Shown here: one piece after another, positions 25,201 to 26,437 of the stretch | How positions within the stretch are numbered: the first letter of the stretch is position 1 | Layout: each line of letters starts with the position of its first letter | Made by a program: the position numbers and the translations under genes | Notes under the pieces: model-generated | Told to the model about the DNA's origin: nothing | Database searches by the model: none | The model's input: the letters and a program-made list of their open reading frames with translations, nothing else | From: a virus | Lineage: Duplodnaviria > Caudoviricetes | DNA: 26,437 nucleotides | Direction: 5' to 3' (one strand) | Virus record (IMG/VR): IMGVR_UViG_3300042887_000392 | Span: 1-26,437 of that record

Positions 25201-26437
25201 AAAAAGAATGATGACTTTTGGAACAGTTACTGCTGCTTCATTACCTGCAATTCAATCAATGGTTCACGGAGTTTATGGTGTTACAAATAAAATGGTAGCT
25301 GCGGCTAGGTTTTTTGTTCCTGATTTTTCTAGGAACTCAACTCTTATATTAACACAAGATGCAGACGGTAATTTTAAATATATAGATGGAAGTGGTTCAT
25401 TTGTTTATGATACATTAACTTCTCCTTTCCAATCTACAATAGCTGAAATCAATATATCAACTCCATATGATCCAAAAGCTCCTATTATACCTGCAGCATA
25501 TAAAGGATTAATTAGAGGAATTGGAAAATTAATGGAACCATTTATTAGTGAATCTATTTGGTTAGAAACATTTAACAATTTAGTTGTTAGAAATGGTGTG
25601 ACTCCTGATGGAAGAAGATTATGGAATCCACAAATGGATGCGCCTGATAAAGTAATAGAAGCTTTAAAATATTTTATAGAACAAACTGCGCCAGGATCTT
25701 ACAAACAATCAGTTCGTTTAAAAAAATCAATTACCGGTGAGCCTGGAGCAAGAGGTGAAAAATATGAAATTAATGATGAAATAGCAGGATTCTATGGTTT
25801 AAGACAAATTAAATTAGAACCAATTAAAAAAATGGACTTTAAATTAAATGAATATCAAAAAGCAGTCGCTGATGCTCGTAAAATATTTACAGTTCCAGCA
25901 CAAAAAGGTGGAGAGTTATCAGGAGATGAGTTTATAGAAAATTTTTATTATGCCAATAGAAAAAAATATGAAGCTATGAATAATTTAAAAATTACAAATG
26001 AAATGGCTGAAATATTAAATGTAACTAAAAATCAATTAGCTAGAGCATATGATGATAGAAATTTATTAAAAGATTATAAATATTTAGAATCAAATAACTT
26101 TAGACCTTATACTATAAGTAAACCTTTAGTGCAAAAAACAGAAGAAATATACAAAGATTTATCTACAAATTTTGATAACATTGAAATAACAAAAACATTA
26201 AATAATCAAACTTTAAATAGTTTATCAAGAATGATTAGAGACATGTCTAGAGTTCCTTTAGGAGAAAATTTAAATAATTATATAAACATTGAAGATTATT
26301 TAATTGGAGACAAGCCATCTCTACTAGGACCGAGAAGCGAGGGGCCAGTTAATGTTCAACCATTACCACCACAACCTCAACCTAATCCACAAGTGGTATC
26401 TAAACCTCCAATACCTATGAATCAACAATCTGGCTTG
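22232..26437 (+). CDS. Large internal virion / ejection protein, 3'-truncated (at least 1402 aa)
   Basis: Not in the ORF track because it has no stop in the window. ATG 22232 gives MSNENFDSIKELENAED. The stretches I translated stay open in one frame (KTVLGPFTHTRNF, YVAEDDIWK, TLPNYAYV...RRTPLGNFMSWPA) through to KPPIPMNQQSGL at the window end. I did not translate every codon. Confidence 0.85.
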   Translation, partial: MSNENFDSIKELENAEDNQVFSKVDKPIPNVSDFSDYVTPQEVTDGLTYKAPKPTVDRKELTIEERLAQGPKYKDKSKLETILFGPDIELQGDFGIPAQRVVERLYRKGAGKEVEPVDNFSTTESMVAGLIDGNIKLVKFPVNIASEVIDFARGSGVEPDKSAVAKVEKYFTDSILGKIATEAEDIAFTDAAGKLTSAATQILGLSKPTQALSDWGFKTANRYFEAAKLGKVATNSKSLERATKEALRLNQLSGKQKFASFMIGGGLGMAAVADPEEFGTLSELLEGTRFENTLGVLGLDREKKQDPQDEAARRLWNRTKLGIEQGLITWPILFVGGKIGKMINKQSKDVYASNEDLDRWIEKYFMTPFKSRGVKPDELFEEMQRVKGKISSGQVASIDIIKDIDATLLKIAKESGINKGTPELKRLIGRMDELLVTGSDIVKGKEFLFKGFDPKKLSEFKKFTSAELGLGADQIERLVAELAKARNIFNTYKNTFFAGGNINAAANDFAKIMSERMQNIWTSEYRIFEDNFKIFPWLRYKPIQSNLDDAKQVLGRYAAQNGARLTDQQLDEQLQTILKEVRRDPLTGSPEFPLYNQSILAEDGIQYINMAKSFEGGKFKPSDLFKKEEDVRKFQRLFGQKRDLRNTIASTMSDLATLTSKDTFYNNILKLNDDLIKQKRPGIFYDSPTAARSGLRNVIDGDNIITTKGGLNIKSPIGEDFYTNPLNGKYTSKPYADALNFSEKVLFDEVARNTWYQHLVLIPKGLTQVSKTVLGPFTHTRNFITQGQFVLANGNLFKDPKKIAENFKRAFNTVQPQLIYRNLPKDQAMARFLIEEGVMSSSAIAADISGLIEDMSKTGDVYSRLFGKFGNKMKDLYKFAFDLYVAEDDIWKVYSTFSEFDNYKNLYTNAVKSGKLKNMPTDLEIMKQATKIVRDTLPNYAYVGDFIKSMRRTPLGNFMSWPASVIRSGLKTFELAQKEIKDPILHSQGVKRMMTFGTVTAASLPAIQSMVHGVYGVTNKMVAAARFFVPDFSRNSTLILTQDADGNFKYIDGSGSFVYDTLTSPFQSTIAEINISTPYDPKAPIIPAAYKGLIRGIGKLMEPFISESIWLETFNNLVVRNGVTPDGRRLWNPQMDAPDKVIEALKYFIEQTAPGSYKQSVRLKKSITGEPGARGEKYEINDEIAGFYGLRQIKLEPIKKMDFKLNEYQKAVADARKIFTVPAQKGGELSGDEFIENFYYANRKKYEAMNNLKITNEMAEILNVTKNQLARAYDDRNLLKDYKYLESNNFRPYTISKPLVQKTEEIYKDLSTNFDNIEITKTLNNQTLNSLSRMIRDMSRVPLGENLNNYINIEDYLIGDKPSLLGPRSEGPVNVQPLPPQPQPNPQVVSKPPIPMNQQSGL

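Larger units (their letters stand above)
1..26437 (+). mobile_element. Phage virion morphogenesis/tail/ejection region, podovirus of probable HTVC010P-like pelagiphage type
   Basis: All genes co-oriented with TAATG/ATGA overlaps. Adaptor, tail fiber, gp10-like hub and Gln/Gly-rich internal proteins occur in P22-like order, and no cellular housekeeping genes are present. Lineage and host are inferred from recalled motifs and low GC. Confidence 0.85.

Noticed and set aside
61-26348. Short CG-rich patches containing GCGAG/CTCGC (near 70, 1266, 6012, 13412, 20308, 26337)
   Set aside because: A rough expectation for a 5-mer at this base composition is no lower than the number seen; no longer consensus or spacing pattern.

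Overview
The window is an AT-rich, densely coded segment of a tailed dsDNA phage genome, with every credible gene on the + strand. Gene order and motifs fit a short-tailed (P22-type gp4/gp10/needle/ejection-protein layout) podovirus resembling HTVC010P-like pelagiphages. That assignment comes from recalled motifs, not a database search. The order is: two head-tail adaptor paralogs and small virion proteins (1-3510); a tail fiber with a T4 gp10-like terminal domain and three paralogous six-bladed Kelch-like proteins (3545-7821); a coupled cassette of a coiled-coil protein, sulfotransferase, APS-kinase-like protein, HxGH nucleotidyltransferase and four 2OG-Fe(II) oxygenases (7861-12483); a gp10-like tail hub, a needle-like fusion protein and two glycosyltransferases (12515-18449); and four probable ejection proteins (18503-end). 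The last of these is a >1400-aa ORF missing from the supplied track. The two strongest leads are hypotheses: (i) an ejection polyprotein with repeated x-A-x-G-G motifs, a hidden amphipathic peptide and a C-terminal domain like the cleaved end of tape-measure proteins, and (ii) a hydroxylation/glycosylation/sulfation pathway that may decorate a branched set of Pro-looped beta-propeller receptor-binding proteins. I saw no RNA genes, CRISPR array, integrase or transposase.
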